In this document: piece after piece, positions 54,522-64,000 of the stretch
Layout of the letters: each line of letters opens with the position of its first letter
Numbering within the stretch: the first letter of the stretch is position 1
DNA from: an uncultured Bacteroidales bacterium
Lineage (GTDB): Bacteria > Bacteroidota > Bacteroidia > Bacteroidales > CHK158-818
Assembly: GCA_949300615.1 (NCBI GenBank)
Contig: CASGEW010000003.1
Span: 1,133-65,132 of the forward strand
Direction: 5' to 3'
DNA length: 64,000 nucleotides
Notes under the pieces: model-generated
Databases searched by the model: none
What the model saw: only the letters and a program-made list of their open reading frames with translations
What the model was told of the DNA's origin: nothing
Program-made: the position numbers and the translations under genes

Positions 54522-55088
54522 ATGGAACCTATTATCAATGCACCAATGCCTCCATTTTCGGTACAGGCATACCACAACGGAAGTTTTAAAAAAGTAACCA
54601 GCGACGACGTTAAAGGCAAGTGGGCCATCTTTTTCTTCTATCCAGCAGACTTTACGTTCGTTTGTCCTACGGAACTGGTGGACATTGCCGAAAAATACGA
54701 TCAGTTTCAAGCCATGGGCGTAGAGGTGTACTCGGTCAGTACAGACTCTCACTTCGTACACAAGGCCTGGCACGACGCCTCGGAAAGCATCCGCAAGATA
54801 AAATACCCCATGCTGGCCGACCCTACCGGCGTACTCTCACGCGGATTCGGCGTAATGATTGAAGAGGAGGGGATGGCTTACCGAGGCACCTTCCTGGTAA
54901 ACCCCGAAGGGAAAATCAAGATTGCCGAGATACAAGACAACAACATCGGCCGCAACGCCGACGAACTGCTCCGAAAGGTAGAAGCGGCCCAATTCGTGGC
55001 AACGCACAACGGCGAAGTTTGCCCGGCCAAATGGAAAAAGGGCGAAGCCACCCTCAAACCGAGCATCGACCTGGTAGGAAAAATTTAA
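54522..55088 (+). CDS. ahpC: Alkyl hydroperoxide reductase subunit C (typical 2-Cys peroxiredoxin)
   Basis: 188 aa with FYPADFTFVCPTE (peroxidatic Cys) and GEVCPAKW (resolving Cys). Confidence 0.95.
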   Translation: MEPIINAPMPPFSVQAYHNGSFKKVTSDDVKGKWAIFFFYPADFTFVCPTELVDIAEKYDQFQAMGVEVYSVSTDSHFVHKAWHDASESIRKIKYPMLADPTGVLSRGFGVMIEEEGMAYRGTFLVNPEGKIKIAEIQDNNIGRNADELLRKVEAAQFVATHNGEVCPAKWKKGEATLKPSIDLVGKI

Positions 55089-55108
55089 CAACTTAAATAG
55101 AGACACTC

Positions 55109-56659
55109 ATGTTAGATTCAACCCTCAAAGAGCAACTGGTTTCCATCTTCGCTGGACTTGAAGCGGAGTATGTTTTCGACATAGCCGTCTCTCCCGGCCA
55201 CGAAAGCCGCAGCGAACTGTTGGAACTTCTGAATGACGTAGCCGAGTGCTCCCCTCGTATCTCGTGTCGGGTAACCGACGGCGAAGGGTTATCCTTCTCC
55301 CTGCTAAAAAACGGTACGCCTACCGGCATCTCTTTCCGGGCCGTTCCCAACGGACATGAATTTTCATCGTTGCTGCTGGCCATACTCAACTGCGACGGCA
55401 AAGGGAAAAACCTGCCGGACGAAAATACCGGCAACCGGGTAAAGGCCTTAAAAGGGCCTATACAGCTGACGACCTACGTCTCGCTGACCTGCACCAACTG
55501 CCCGGATGTGGTACAGGCCCTGAATGCCATGGTTACGCTGAACGACAACATCCGCCACGAAACAGTAGATGGGGCCATTCATCCAGACGAAGTCGAGGCG
55601 TTACATATACAAGGCGTACCGGCTGTTTTTGCAGATGGGGAGTTGCTACACGTAGGACGGAGCGATTTCGGCGAACTCCTGAGTAAACTGGAATCCCGCT
55701 ACGGCTCCCTCCCTTCGTCGGAGGAGAATGTTACCCGTGCATACGATGTACTGGTGTTGGGCGGAGGCCCTGCCGGAGCAGCCGCAGCCATATATTCGGC
55801 CCGCAAAGGGTTGCGCGTAGCGGTTGTTGCCGAACGCATCGGCGGACAGGTGAAAGAGACCGTGGGTATCGAGAACCTGATTTCGGTACCCGAGACAACG
55901 GGCAACCAACTGGCGTCCGACCTGAAAAGACACCTGGAACAATATCCGGTGGATATTTGGGAACACCGCCAGGTAGAAAAGGCAGATATCGCCGGAAAAG
56001 AAAAAACGGTTACGACTAAAAACGGCGAAATGTTTTCGGCCCCCGCTTTGATCGTGGCTACCGGAGCCCGCTGGCGACGGCTCAACGTACCCGGCGAAGT
56101 GGAACATATCGGACACGGCGTGGCTTTTTGCCCGCATTGCGACGGGCCTTTCTACCAGGGGAAACCGGTAGCTGTCATCGGCGGAGGGAACTCCGGACTG
56201 GAAGCGGCTATCGACCTGGCCGGCATTTGTTCAAAAGTTACCGTATTCGAGTTCATGGAGGAGCTGAAAGCCGACAAGGTGCTGCAAGAGAAGGCCAAAC
56301 AGCTGCCCAATGTCGAAATCGTCGTCCATGCCCAGACGCTCGAAGTGATAGCCGACCAAGGAAAAGTGACCGGTATCCGGGTGAAAGACCGCCAAACAGG
56401 CGAGGTTCAGGATATAAAGCTGGACGGTATATTTGTCCAGATCGGACTGACGGCCAACAGCGACCTTTTCAAAGGATTGCTGGATATGACGGCAACGGGC
56501 GAAATCGTCATAGACCCCTATTGCCGCACCGCCGTACCAGGGGTATATGCCGCCGGAGACGTATCCTCGGTTCCGTACAAACAGATCGTGATAGCCATGG
56601 GCGAAGGAGCGAAAGCCGCCCTGGCTGCTTTCGACGACAAAGTCCGGGGAGTGATATAG
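55109..56659 (+). CDS. ahpF: Alkyl hydroperoxide reductase subunit F
   Basis: 516 aa with the N-terminal redox CTNCPD, FAD motif GGGPAGAAAA, the CPHCDG disulfide and the NADH motif GGGNSG. Confidence 0.95.
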   Translation: MLDSTLKEQLVSIFAGLEAEYVFDIAVSPGHESRSELLELLNDVAECSPRISCRVTDGEGLSFSLLKNGTPTGISFRAVPNGHEFSSLLLAILNCDGKGKNLPDENTGNRVKALKGPIQLTTYVSLTCTNCPDVVQALNAMVTLNDNIRHETVDGAIHPDEVEALHIQGVPAVFADGELLHVGRSDFGELLSKLESRYGSLPSSEENVTRAYDVLVLGGGPAGAAAAIYSARKGLRVAVVAERIGGQVKETVGIENLISVPETTGNQLASDLKRHLEQYPVDIWEHRQVEKADIAGKEKTVTTKNGEMFSAPALIVATGARWRRLNVPGEVEHIGHGVAFCPHCDGPFYQGKPVAVIGGGNSGLEAAIDLAGICSKVTVFEFMEELKADKVLQEKAKQLPNVEIVVHAQTLEVIADQGKVTGIRVKDRQTGEVQDIKLDGIFVQIGLTANSDLFKGLLDMTATGEIVIDPYCRTAVPGVYAAGDVSSVPYKQIVIAMGEGAKAALAAFDDKVRGVI

Positions 56660-56686
56660 CCCCCTTTATTCTCCCCAAAAACAAAT

Positions 56687-56719
56687 AAAAAAAGGAGCGG
56701 CCTTTTGCCGCTCCTTTTT
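56687..56719. terminator. Bidirectional rho-independent terminator
   Basis: An 11-bp stem AAAGGAGCGGC / GCCGCTCCTTT with a 5-nt loop, an A-run upstream and a T-run downstream. It lies between convergent ahpF and the M16 peptidase gene. Confidence 0.8.
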
Positions 56720-56754
56720 CGTATCAAAAAATGGGTTCTACTCTTCTAAACCGG

Positions 56755-59577
56755 TTACTCTTTTACCCCATCCATCGAAACAATCACCTCATTGCCCTGT
56801 TTCAACAATTGCCGGGCGAATTTCCGGATACTCTCAGGGGTCTGTTTCTCTACCAACGTATTGTAATCGGAGATATTGTCTATGCCGTACTTGTGGTTAA
56901 GTTCCAGCATTTGCAACCAATAACCGTTCATCTTCAAATGCTGGCTGTGAGATTTCAACCAATACTCTTTAACCGAGTTCACATATTTGGGATCGGGACC
57001 TTTTTCTGCCAACTGTTTCAGCTCTTGCAAAGCCAGATTCAACAACCGCTCGCGCAACTCCTTGTTGGTATCGAACGAGAAGTTCAGCGCAAAGGTTTTG
57101 GTACCAGCATCAATGGAACCACTTACCTGAACGCCGTACGTTCCGCCCTCTTTTTCACGAATCGACTCAACGTACATCTGCCGCAAAATATCGGTAAGGA
57201 TATCCATCTTGACCGAATTTTCGGGCGTAAACTTGCATTTGCCGGAGAATACGGCTGTTACGGTTGATTTAGGAGTCTCCATCGCCTTTTCAAACAGACG
57301 AGTGTCTTTACCCTTGCGCAAATATACATTGAACTTACCTTTCTCTTTTCTGTTCAAATCGGGCAGGGAAGCCAGATACTGTTCAGTATAAACCCGCATG
57401 GTATCGAGGTTCAGGTTTCCGACAAAGGTAAAGGTAAAGTCGGAAGCGTCGCTGAACCGGTCCCGGTATATTTCCAGAATACGATCGTAATCAATATCGG
57501 CTATTTGATGCGACTTGACGGGCAATGTACGAGGATGCCCCTGATACAATGCCATATTGAGGGTATCGTTGAATGCGGTTGCAGGATCAGCCTCCTGATT
57601 TTTAAGGGATGTTTCCACCCGCTCTTTCCAGGCGGTAAAGGCGGCATCGTCTTTATCGGCATCGGTAAAGGTCAGGTAAATGAGCTGCATAAGTGTTTTC
57701 AGATCCTTTACCGTACTGCCTCCTTGTAAACCTTCGTAATTCTCCTGAACGTAACTAGATATATAGGCCTGCTTGCCGGCCAGCATTTTGGTCAGCTCCG
57801 TCTGTGTAAACCCGCCGAACTTACTAATACCCATAACGCTGTTTATCACCTGCAACGAGAGGATATCCGAGTCATCGTACAGAGAACCTCCGCCGGGGCT
57901 GTATGCCCGGAAGCCGATTTCGTCTTTCTGGAAGTCAGTCGGTTTCAGAATAACAGTAACGCCGTTGGATAACATCCAGGTGGTGATACCCAACTGTTTG
58001 TTCTCTTTCTCCTTCACGATACGTCCCGGTTCCGGAAGATTCTCTATCAGCGGTTGATTGGAGACGGCATCGGCATAGGGTGCAACCTCCTCCTGTCTGA
58101 TTTTTTGGAACAGAGCAACCAACTGTTCTGCCGACGGATAAGAAATACCTTCCTGCTCGGGGGCTGTTATGGCAAAGGCGATGTTCTTATCGCCGATAAG
58201 GGTTTTCGCCACCTGGTTGATCAACCCGACATCAGGAATATCCTGGATAATCGTTTTCAGCAAATCCACCTCCCGTTCAATCCCCGTAATAGAGCCTCCG
58301 TTGATAAAATGATCCACATATTCCTGCACATACGAAGAGTTATATAGATTGTTCCGCTCAGCATACAGGTTTTCGATATAACTCAATATCTGTGCTTTGG
58401 CCCGTTCATATTCCGATTCGGTAAAACCGTATCGTCTCACCCGTTCCAACTCCGTAACCAATGCGGCAAAAGCCGCTTCTATCTTTTCGGGCGTTCCGGC
58501 AGCAGCGGCAGCGAAGGCATCTTTTGTATTGGAAACGACAAAAGACCCATCGCTCGAAGTGGCACCCAGGAACGGAGCATCGGCCTTTTGCGTAAGCTCT
58601 TCCAACCGGGCATTCAACATCGAAGTAATCGCCATCTTCATATAATTATCGGCTAAACCGGCCATGGTTGCTTTGAGTTGGGCCGGCATCTGGTCGTGCT
58701 TGAAGAACATCGTAACAATGGCATTGGAGGCCTCCTTGTCGGTAGCAATGGCTACAATCGGTTCTTCGTTGTCCGGAACCTGATAATAGACTCGTTCAGC
58801 CGCATTTTCGGGCATCTGGATACTACCGAGCACCTCTTTCACCTTCTTCTCTACCTGTTCAGCATCGAAGTCTCCTACGATAATGATTCCCTGCAAATCG
58901 GGACGATACCACTTGTGATAGTAATCCCGGATGGCCTGATAGGGAAAATTCTGAACAACCTCCATTTTCCCAATCGGCATCCGGTCGGCATAGCGGCTGC
59001 CGGCAAAAAGGATGGGGATGGACTTGTCCCACATCCGGGAGGAGGCATCGGCCCGTGTCCTCCACTCCTCGGTAATCACCCCCCGCTCGTTATCGATCTC
59101 TTCATCTTCCAAGGCAATCTCCGACGCCCAATCGTGTAGAATCAGGATACAAGAGTCGATGATACTCTCGCGCGTGGTAGGGACATTGGAAATGTTGTAA
59201 ACCGTTTCGTCGAACGACGTGTAGGCATTCACATCCGTTCCGAACTTGACCCCGATGCTTTGCAACCACGTCAACAGGGTTTTCTCCGGGAAATTCTTCG
59301 TCCCGTTAAAGGCCATGTGTTCCAAGAAGTGGGCCAACCCCCGCTGCTCCTCCTCTTCCAGAATCGACCCGACTTTCTGGGCAATGTAGAACTCTGCCCG
59401 GTCTTTGGGATACTGGTTGTGCCGGATATAATAGGTTAAACCGTTGGGCAACACGCCGTAACGGACAGCCGAATCTATCGGCAGCGGTTCCGGAGCCATT
59501 TGCTGGGCATTGACCGGAAAGATAAACGCCCATACGATTAACCAAATTGCGTATGACAGGTATCTTTTCTTTTTCAT
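56755..59577 (-). CDS. M16-family (pitrilysin/insulinase-like) zinc peptidase, secreted
   Basis: 940 aa with a signal peptide, the inverted zincin motif HFLEHMAFNGT, and a duplicated M16 active plus inactive domain architecture. Confidence 0.85.
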   Translation of the reverse strand: MKKKRYLSYAIWLIVWAFIFPVNAQQMAPEPLPIDSAVRYGVLPNGLTYYIRHNQYPKDRAEFYIAQKVGSILEEEEQRGLAHFLEHMAFNGTKNFPEKTLLTWLQSIGVKFGTDVNAYTSFDETVYNISNVPTTRESIIDSCILILHDWASEIALEDEEIDNERGVITEEWRTRADASSRMWDKSIPILFAGSRYADRMPIGKMEVVQNFPYQAIRDYYHKWYRPDLQGIIIVGDFDAEQVEKKVKEVLGSIQMPENAAERVYYQVPDNEEPIVAIATDKEASNAIVTMFFKHDQMPAQLKATMAGLADNYMKMAITSMLNARLEELTQKADAPFLGATSSDGSFVVSNTKDAFAAAAAGTPEKIEAAFAALVTELERVRRYGFTESEYERAKAQILSYIENLYAERNNLYNSSYVQEYVDHFINGGSITGIEREVDLLKTIIQDIPDVGLINQVAKTLIGDKNIAFAITAPEQEGISYPSAEQLVALFQKIRQEEVAPYADAVSNQPLIENLPEPGRIVKEKENKQLGITTWMLSNGVTVILKPTDFQKDEIGFRAYSPGGGSLYDDSDILSLQVINSVMGISKFGGFTQTELTKMLAGKQAYISSYVQENYEGLQGGSTVKDLKTLMQLIYLTFTDADKDDAAFTAWKERVETSLKNQEADPATAFNDTLNMALYQGHPRTLPVKSHQIADIDYDRILEIYRDRFSDASDFTFTFVGNLNLDTMRVYTEQYLASLPDLNRKEKGKFNVYLRKGKDTRLFEKAMETPKSTVTAVFSGKCKFTPENSVKMDILTDILRQMYVESIREKEGGTYGVQVSGSIDAGTKTFALNFSFDTNKELRERLLNLALQELKQLAEKGPDPKYVNSVKEYWLKSHSQHLKMNGYWLQMLELNHKYGIDNISDYNTLVEKQTPESIRKFARQLLKQGNEVIVSMDGVKE

Positions 59578-59684
59578 ATTTTCTCGTTTTTATTTTACTG
59601 GATATACAAAAGTAGAAATTAATTGATTCGGCACAAACGTTACGTACGAAATTATACCGGCACATTTTCCCCCAATATGGTAAA

Positions 59685-59720
59685 ATAAAAAACCGGGAGA
59701 GCCCTACAACTTTCCCGGTT
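59685..59720 (-). terminator. Rho-independent terminator after rpsO
   Basis: On the minus strand, ACCGGGA, a 14-nt loop, TCCCGGT, then TTTTTTATTTT. Confidence 0.7.
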
Positions 59721-59743
59721 TCCGCTTACAAAAAGCAATACGT

Positions 59744-60013
59744 TTACTTTCTGATGTTAAGCTCTTTAATAATAGCACGATAACGTTCAATGTCGATTTT
59801 AATCAAATAATCGAGCATACGACGACGTTTACCTACCAACATACGGAGAGCTCTGGCAGTACTATAATCTTTGTGATTTGACTTTAAGTGTTCAGTCAAA
59901 TGGGCGATACGGTATGAAAATAATGCAATCTGTGCTTCGGGTGAGCCAGTATCAGTATTAGACTTTCCGTATTTCCCAAAGATTTCTTTCTTTTTCTCAG
60001 AATCTAAATACAT
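59744..60013 (-). CDS. rpsO: 30S ribosomal protein S15
   Basis: 89 aa from ATG 60013 (MYLDSEKKKEIFGKYGK...). The S15 signature region is HLKSNHKDYSTARALRMLVGKRRRMLDYL. Confidence 0.95.
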   Translation of the reverse strand: MYLDSEKKKEIFGKYGKSNTDTGSPEAQIALFSYRIAHLTEHLKSNHKDYSTARALRMLVGKRRRMLDYLIKIDIERYRAIIKELNIRK

Positions 60014-60054
60014 TTTTTTCTGTTTTATGATTAGTAAAAATTCTTTTGAGCGCA

Positions 60055-60085
60055 CAAAGGTAACCATTCGTTTTTGAAAAACAAA
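60055..60085 (-). promoter_or_regulatory. Consensus promoter for rpsO
   Basis: On the minus strand, TTTG (60085-60082), a 19-nt spacer, then TACCTTTG (60062-60055). It lies 42 nt upstream of ATG 60013 and supports the short start. Confidence 0.6.
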
Positions 60086-60203
60086 TCTTTGTCCGCTTTT
60101 TTATTTATTCTTCTCAAAAACAGCCTGAGACAAAACCCCTAAATTAATGTAACAAAATACAGATTAATAACGGCCATCGTATATCTCACATCAAAAAAAA
60201 TAG

Positions 60204-60211
60204 TACTTTTG
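60204..60211 (+). promoter_or_regulatory. -7 box TACTTTTG upstream of typA
   Basis: A perfect TAnnTTTG lies 20 nt before the typA ATG. There is no -33 TTTG at the canonical spacing. Confidence 0.4.
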
Positions 60212-60230
60212 CACCACCAAAAGAGAAGAT

Positions 60231-62030
60231 ATGCAAAAAATCAGAAACATCGCGATTATAGCCCACGTGGACCACGGCAAAACAACGCTGGTCGATAAAA
60301 TGCTTTTGGCCGGACAACTGTTTCGTGAGAACCAAAACACCGGCGAGTTAATTCTGGACAACAACGATCTGGAACGCGAAAGAGGTATTACCATCCTCTC
60401 CAAGAACGTCTCTATCCGATATAAAGACTATAAGATAAACATCATCGACACCCCGGGGCACTCCGATTTCGGAGGCGAAGTAGAACGGGTATTGAATATG
60501 GCCGATGGCTGCCTGCTGCTGGTCGATGCGTTTGAAGGCCCCATGCCCCAAACGCGGTTCGTATTGCAAAAGGCCCTCCAAATCGGATTAAAACCGGTAG
60601 TGGTAATCAACAAGGTGGATAAACCCAACTGCCGCCCCGACGAGGTACAGGAGATGGTCTTCGACCTGATGTTCAGCCTCGATGCCTCGGAAGAGCAGCT
60701 GGACTTCCCCACCATTTACGGTTCGGCCAAACAAAACTGGATGTCAACGGACTGGCGCAAACCCACCAACAGCATTACGCCGTTGTTGGATGCCATTATC
60801 GAATACATCCCCGAGCCGGAATATCTGGAAGGTACTCCCCAGATGTTGATTACCTCACTCGACTACTCCCCTTACGTAGGGAGAATCGCCGTAGGACGCA
60901 TCCACCGCGGGGAACTGCGCGAAGGGATGGACGTATCGCTCTGTACCAAAGATGGTTCCTTCATCAAACAACGCATCAAGGAGCTGGATGTATTTGAAGG
61001 GCTGGGCCGTACCAAAGTCTCCTCGGCCTCATCCGGCGACATCTGTGCGCTGGTCGGTATCGAAAATTTTGAAATCGGCGACACCATTGCCGACCTGCAA
61101 AACCCCGAACCGCTGCCCCGCATCGCCATAGACGAACCGACCATGTCCATGACATTTACCATCAACGACTCGCCTTTCTTCGGAAAAGACGGGAAATATG
61201 TAACCTCCCGTCACATTGCCGACCGTCTGACCCGCGAGTTGGACCGAAACCTGGCCCTACGGGTAGAAAAAGCTCCCGACTCGGATGTATGGACGGTGTA
61301 TGGACGCGGCGTTCTTCACCTCTCGGTTTTGATTGAAACCATGCGCCGCGAAGGATACGAGTTGCAGGTGGGACAACCGCAAGTGATTATCCGCGAAATA
61401 AACGGGGAAAAATGCGAACCGATCGAACAACTCACCATCAACCTCCCCGAAGAGTATTCCAGTAAAATCATCGATATGGTAACCCGGCGCAAGGGAGAAC
61501 TGCTGATTATGGAGACGCAGGGAGACCGCATCCACATGGAGTTCAACATCCCTTCACGCGGCATCATCGGATTACGCAACAACGTGCTTACCGCATCGGC
61601 CGGAGAGGCCATCATGGCGCACCGCTTCCTCGAATACCAGCCGTGGAAAGGCGACATCGAACGCCGCACGAACGGATCGCTCATCAGTATGGAAGCCGGT
61701 ACGGCGTTCGCCTATGCCATCGATAAACTGCAAGACCGCGGTCGTTTTTTCATCTTCCCCCAAGAAGAGGTTTACGCCGGACAGGTGGTAGGCGAAAACG
61801 CCAAAGAGGGCGACATCGTGGTAAACGTAACCAAATCCAAGAAACTGACCAATATGCGGGCTTCGGGAGCTGACGACAAGGCACGTATCGTCCCTCCCGT
61901 AGTGTTCAGCCTGGAAGAGGCGTTGGAGTATATCAAGGAGGACGAATACGTCGAAGTAACACCGCATCACCTGCGCCTGCGCAAAATCATCCTGGACGAA
62001 ACCGAACGCAAACGCAGCCAGAAAGCATAA
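60231..62030 (+). CDS. typA: Translational GTPase TypA/BipA
   Basis: 599 aa with G-motifs AHVDHGKTT, DTPGH and NKVD, and an EF-G-like domain order with the BipA C-terminal domain. Confidence 0.95.
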   Translation: MQKIRNIAIIAHVDHGKTTLVDKMLLAGQLFRENQNTGELILDNNDLERERGITILSKNVSIRYKDYKINIIDTPGHSDFGGEVERVLNMADGCLLLVDAFEGPMPQTRFVLQKALQIGLKPVVVINKVDKPNCRPDEVQEMVFDLMFSLDASEEQLDFPTIYGSAKQNWMSTDWRKPTNSITPLLDAIIEYIPEPEYLEGTPQMLITSLDYSPYVGRIAVGRIHRGELREGMDVSLCTKDGSFIKQRIKELDVFEGLGRTKVSSASSGDICALVGIENFEIGDTIADLQNPEPLPRIAIDEPTMSMTFTINDSPFFGKDGKYVTSRHIADRLTRELDRNLALRVEKAPDSDVWTVYGRGVLHLSVLIETMRREGYELQVGQPQVIIREINGEKCEPIEQLTINLPEEYSSKIIDMVTRRKGELLIMETQGDRIHMEFNIPSRGIIGLRNNVLTASAGEAIMAHRFLEYQPWKGDIERRTNGSLISMEAGTAFAYAIDKLQDRGRFFIFPQEEVYAGQVVGENAKEGDIVVNVTKSKKLTNMRASGADDKARIVPPVVFSLEEALEYIKEDEYVEVTPHHLRLRKIILDETERKRSQKA

Positions 62031-62058
62031 CCGAAAAAGGCGAAAATATATCGTATGT

Positions 62059-62103
62059 AAAACAGGAGGAGTGTCCTTCGACACATCTCCTGTTTTTATT
62101 TTT
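62059..62103 (+). terminator. Rho-independent terminator after typA
   Basis: Outer stem ACAGGAG/CTCCTGT and inner stem GTGTC/GACAC with loop CTTC, followed by TTTTTATTTTT. Confidence 0.75.
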
Positions 62104-62180
62104 ACCCGTTCTCGAATAAATTCGTATCTTTACCCGCGTTAACAATTTTATTTACCACAAAAATCCGATACACGAAAAAC

Positions 62181-62867
62181 ATGAACAGACAAGACCTTTT
62201 CTTTATTGCCTGCGCCGTATTGTTCTTACTGCCGTTTTTCACCAGCCAAACGGTGCTCGACGCTTACCTCTCGTTCAATGCCTCGCACGGTATGATCGCA
62301 GCATTTATCAAATTCGCCATCCTTTCTACCGCCGGGGAGCTGATAGGCCTGCGGATAGCCACCGGCCAATATCTTAAACCCGGATTCGGGGTGTTGCCGC
62401 GCGCCATCGTATGGGGTGTGCTCGGGCTGGGCATCAACGCGGCCATGATCGTCTTCTCGTCGGGAGTACCGGTATTCCTGCAATACATGGGCATGAGCGA
62501 TGCTCCGACCGTATTTGCAGGCGACCTGTCGTGGGGAAAACTGTTCGTCGCATTCATGGTGTCGGTATTTATGAACACGATTTTCGGCCCGGTATTCATG
62601 ACGCTCCACAAAATCACCGACACCCACATACTGAACAACGGTGGCACCTTGAAAGGGTTTTTCCGCCCCATACGCATGGGCGAAATCATACGCAACCTGA
62701 ACTGGGACGTACAATGGAACTTCGTATTCAAGAAAACCATCCCTTTGTTCTGGTTTCCGGCCCATACCATCACCTTCCTGCTACCGGGCAATATGCGCGT
62801 ACTTTGTGCCGCCTTGTTGGGTGTAGTATTGGGTGTGCTGCTGGCGGTGGCTGCCCGCAAAAAATGA
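62181..62867 (+). CDS. Polytopic inner-membrane protein, unknown family
   Basis: 228 aa with about six hydrophobic helices. I recognise no diagnostic motif. Confidence 0.5.
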   Translation: MNRQDLFFIACAVLFLLPFFTSQTVLDAYLSFNASHGMIAAFIKFAILSTAGELIGLRIATGQYLKPGFGVLPRAIVWGVLGLGINAAMIVFSSGVPVFLQYMGMSDAPTVFAGDLSWGKLFVAFMVSVFMNTIFGPVFMTLHKITDTHILNNGGTLKGFFRPIRMGEIIRNLNWDVQWNFVFKKTIPLFWFPAHTITFLLPGNMRVLCAALLGVVLGVLLAVAARKK

Positions 62868-62998
62868 GGATGTTGTGTGGGGCAAGTTTCAACCGGCTCG
62901 CATACTGCGGAATTTATCATTTTAAAAGAAACTGTATGCCATCGACTCGGACAAAAAAGGGTCGGGCTGTCATCTGAACCCAAGCTACCTATTGGGGT

Positions 62999-63232
62999 AT
63001 GATAATGAATGCCTATAAACGTACCGGCGAGAAACGTTACCGCCTGTTGATAGAGGAGGGAGATCAGCCCCAATATACCGAATGGTTACGGCACAACATC
63101 GATACTGCCTGGAAAAACCGGGACAAGACCCGGGGCCTTACCTTCAAGGAGGCCGATAAACCCTCTCCGACAGGGTGTATTGAGGTTTACGATGCCAGCG
63201 GATGTCCGGCATTGATGCAGGGAATCAAATAA
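62999..63232 (+). other. Orphan 77-aa ORF, possible gene remnant
   Basis: An ORF in an otherwise empty 396-nt gap with no signal peptide or TM. An in-frame stop lies 8 codons upstream of the ATG. The sequence (…YKRTGEKRYRLLIEEG…WLRHNIDTAWKNRD…) looks like the C-terminal tail of a larger soluble enzyme, but I cannot assign a family. Confidence 0.2.
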
Positions 63233-63263
63233 ACGGGAAAACCGGTCGGGGCTTATCCATGGA

Positions 63264-64000
63264 TTATTTACCGTTTTCCTTCAACCAGGCTTCTATCTGT
63301 GCCACAGAAACATCTTTCAGGATAACCCGTTTGGTTTCGTCAAGCAGGTAAAGGGTCGGCATCGCTTTCAGGTCATAGACCCGGTTATTGGTAAGGTGCT
63401 GTTCCTTGTCGATGGCATCGATCCAGCTGTCCGGGCAGGTCGAATTTTTCCATGCATCTGTTTTTCCCTCCACACAGACTGACAGTAAGGCCAACCGCTC
63501 CGTACGGAGAAGATTGTTTATTCCCGAAGATGACGAGAGTTGCCGTTTCACCCTCAGACAATCGTTACATTCGGGATCGTTAAAATAGAGGATGAGATAG
63601 GGTGAGCGTATCTCCGAAAGACGGCCGGATTTTCCGTCGCGACGCAAATAGGTAAAATCTGCGGCAACCTCTCCCGGTCGGTTTTTCAGAGCCATCTCCA
63701 ACAAGAACCTCGGACGTACCTTCTCCGTCTGGCTCAACACCGTACTGCCGAGCTGCGAACGTAACATCAGAATAAACAACTCTTCGTTGTGCATGGGGGA
63801 GTTCGGTTCATAAAGATATTTACTGCCCATTGCCATAAAATGGCAAAACATCTTTTTCTCTACCGAGGCTCTCTGGAAAAGGGTATCGACCGCCTCTTGT
63901 GCGTTGCGGGCATAGGGCAGGATATTGATAAAATTGACAAAGGCCTGTTCTGTAATCTCCTCCCGGGCAATCAGCGAGGTATCAGAAAAATTGAGGTGAG
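63264..64000 (-). CDS. Thioredoxin-fold protein with a CxxC motif (TlpA/DUF5106-like), 5'-truncated by the window edge
   Basis: The active-site block is YLILYFNDPECNDCLRVK. The reading frame stays open upstream of the ATG at 63851 to position 64000 (…FVNFINILPYARNAQEAVDTLFQRASVEKKM…), so the true start lies outside the window. Confidence 0.65.
   Translation of the reverse strand, partial: HLNFSDTSLIAREEITEQAFVNFINILPYARNAQEAVDTLFQRASVEKKMFCHFMAMGSKYLYEPNSPMHNEELFILMLRSQLGSTVLSQTEKVRPRFLLEMALKNRPGEVAADFTYLRRDGKSGRLSEIRSPYLILYFNDPECNDCLRVKRQLSSSSGINNLLRTERLALLSVCVEGKTDAWKNSTCPDSWIDAIDKEQHLTNNRVYDLKAMPTLYLLDETKRVILKDVSVAQIEAWLKENGK

Noticed and set aside
59635-59651. AAACGTTACGTACGAAA, which resembles the ARACGTWCGT inverted-repeat half-site of Bacteroides invertible promoters
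   Set aside because: It is an imperfect match with one extra base. I found only a single copy, no partner repeat within several kb and no invertase gene in the window.
62264-63073. A 269-aa minus-strand ORF, plus 62226-62765 and 62411-62977, overlapping the membrane-protein gene
   Set aside because: The plus-strand frame gives a clean polytopic membrane protein. The alternatives are composition-biased and lack signals.

Overview
This 64-kb chromosomal segment reads as Bacteroidota, probably Bacteroidales. The call rests on six perfect TTTG-N19-TAnnTTTG promoters, typical lipoprotein and 'AQ' signal peptides, and gene content (OstA-like/LptD-like, NamZ, SurA-like parvulins). I support about 50 protein genes and one tRNA-Leu(UAG). 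I saw no rRNA, CRISPR array, transposase, integrase or phage gene. Layout: (i) 0.3-2.7 kb holds exbB, a small TM protein and two exbD genes, with no tonB. (ii) 2.8-6.4 kb holds galM, a glucose/galactose MFS transporter and galK. (iii) 6.6-19.4 kb is the only accessory-looking region. It is a regulator-led, tightly packed seven-gene operon of secreted glycosidase-like proteins: three GH5 domains, two further clan GH-A domains, a DUF4038/GH140-like protein, a nucleoside-hydrolase-like protein and an unassignable beta-propeller. Next to it sit an orphan WbuC cupin and a divergent GH39-like gene. No SusC/SusD pair or dedicated transporter lies anywhere in the window. (iv) 19.5-64 kb is mostly housekeeping. 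It includes NamZ, an HD hydrolase, LptD-like, parC, glyQS, mutL, an OstA-like/parvulin envelope cluster, guaB, recQ, clpXP, tig, lptB, mlaEF, a thiol-peroxidase island (Trx-fold protein, tpx, tRNA-Leu, ahpCF), an M16 peptidase, rpsO and typA. The best candidate for an undescribed system is the SusC/D-less glycan locus and its two family-less members. All family calls come from motif recognition by eye and need HMM or structure confirmation.
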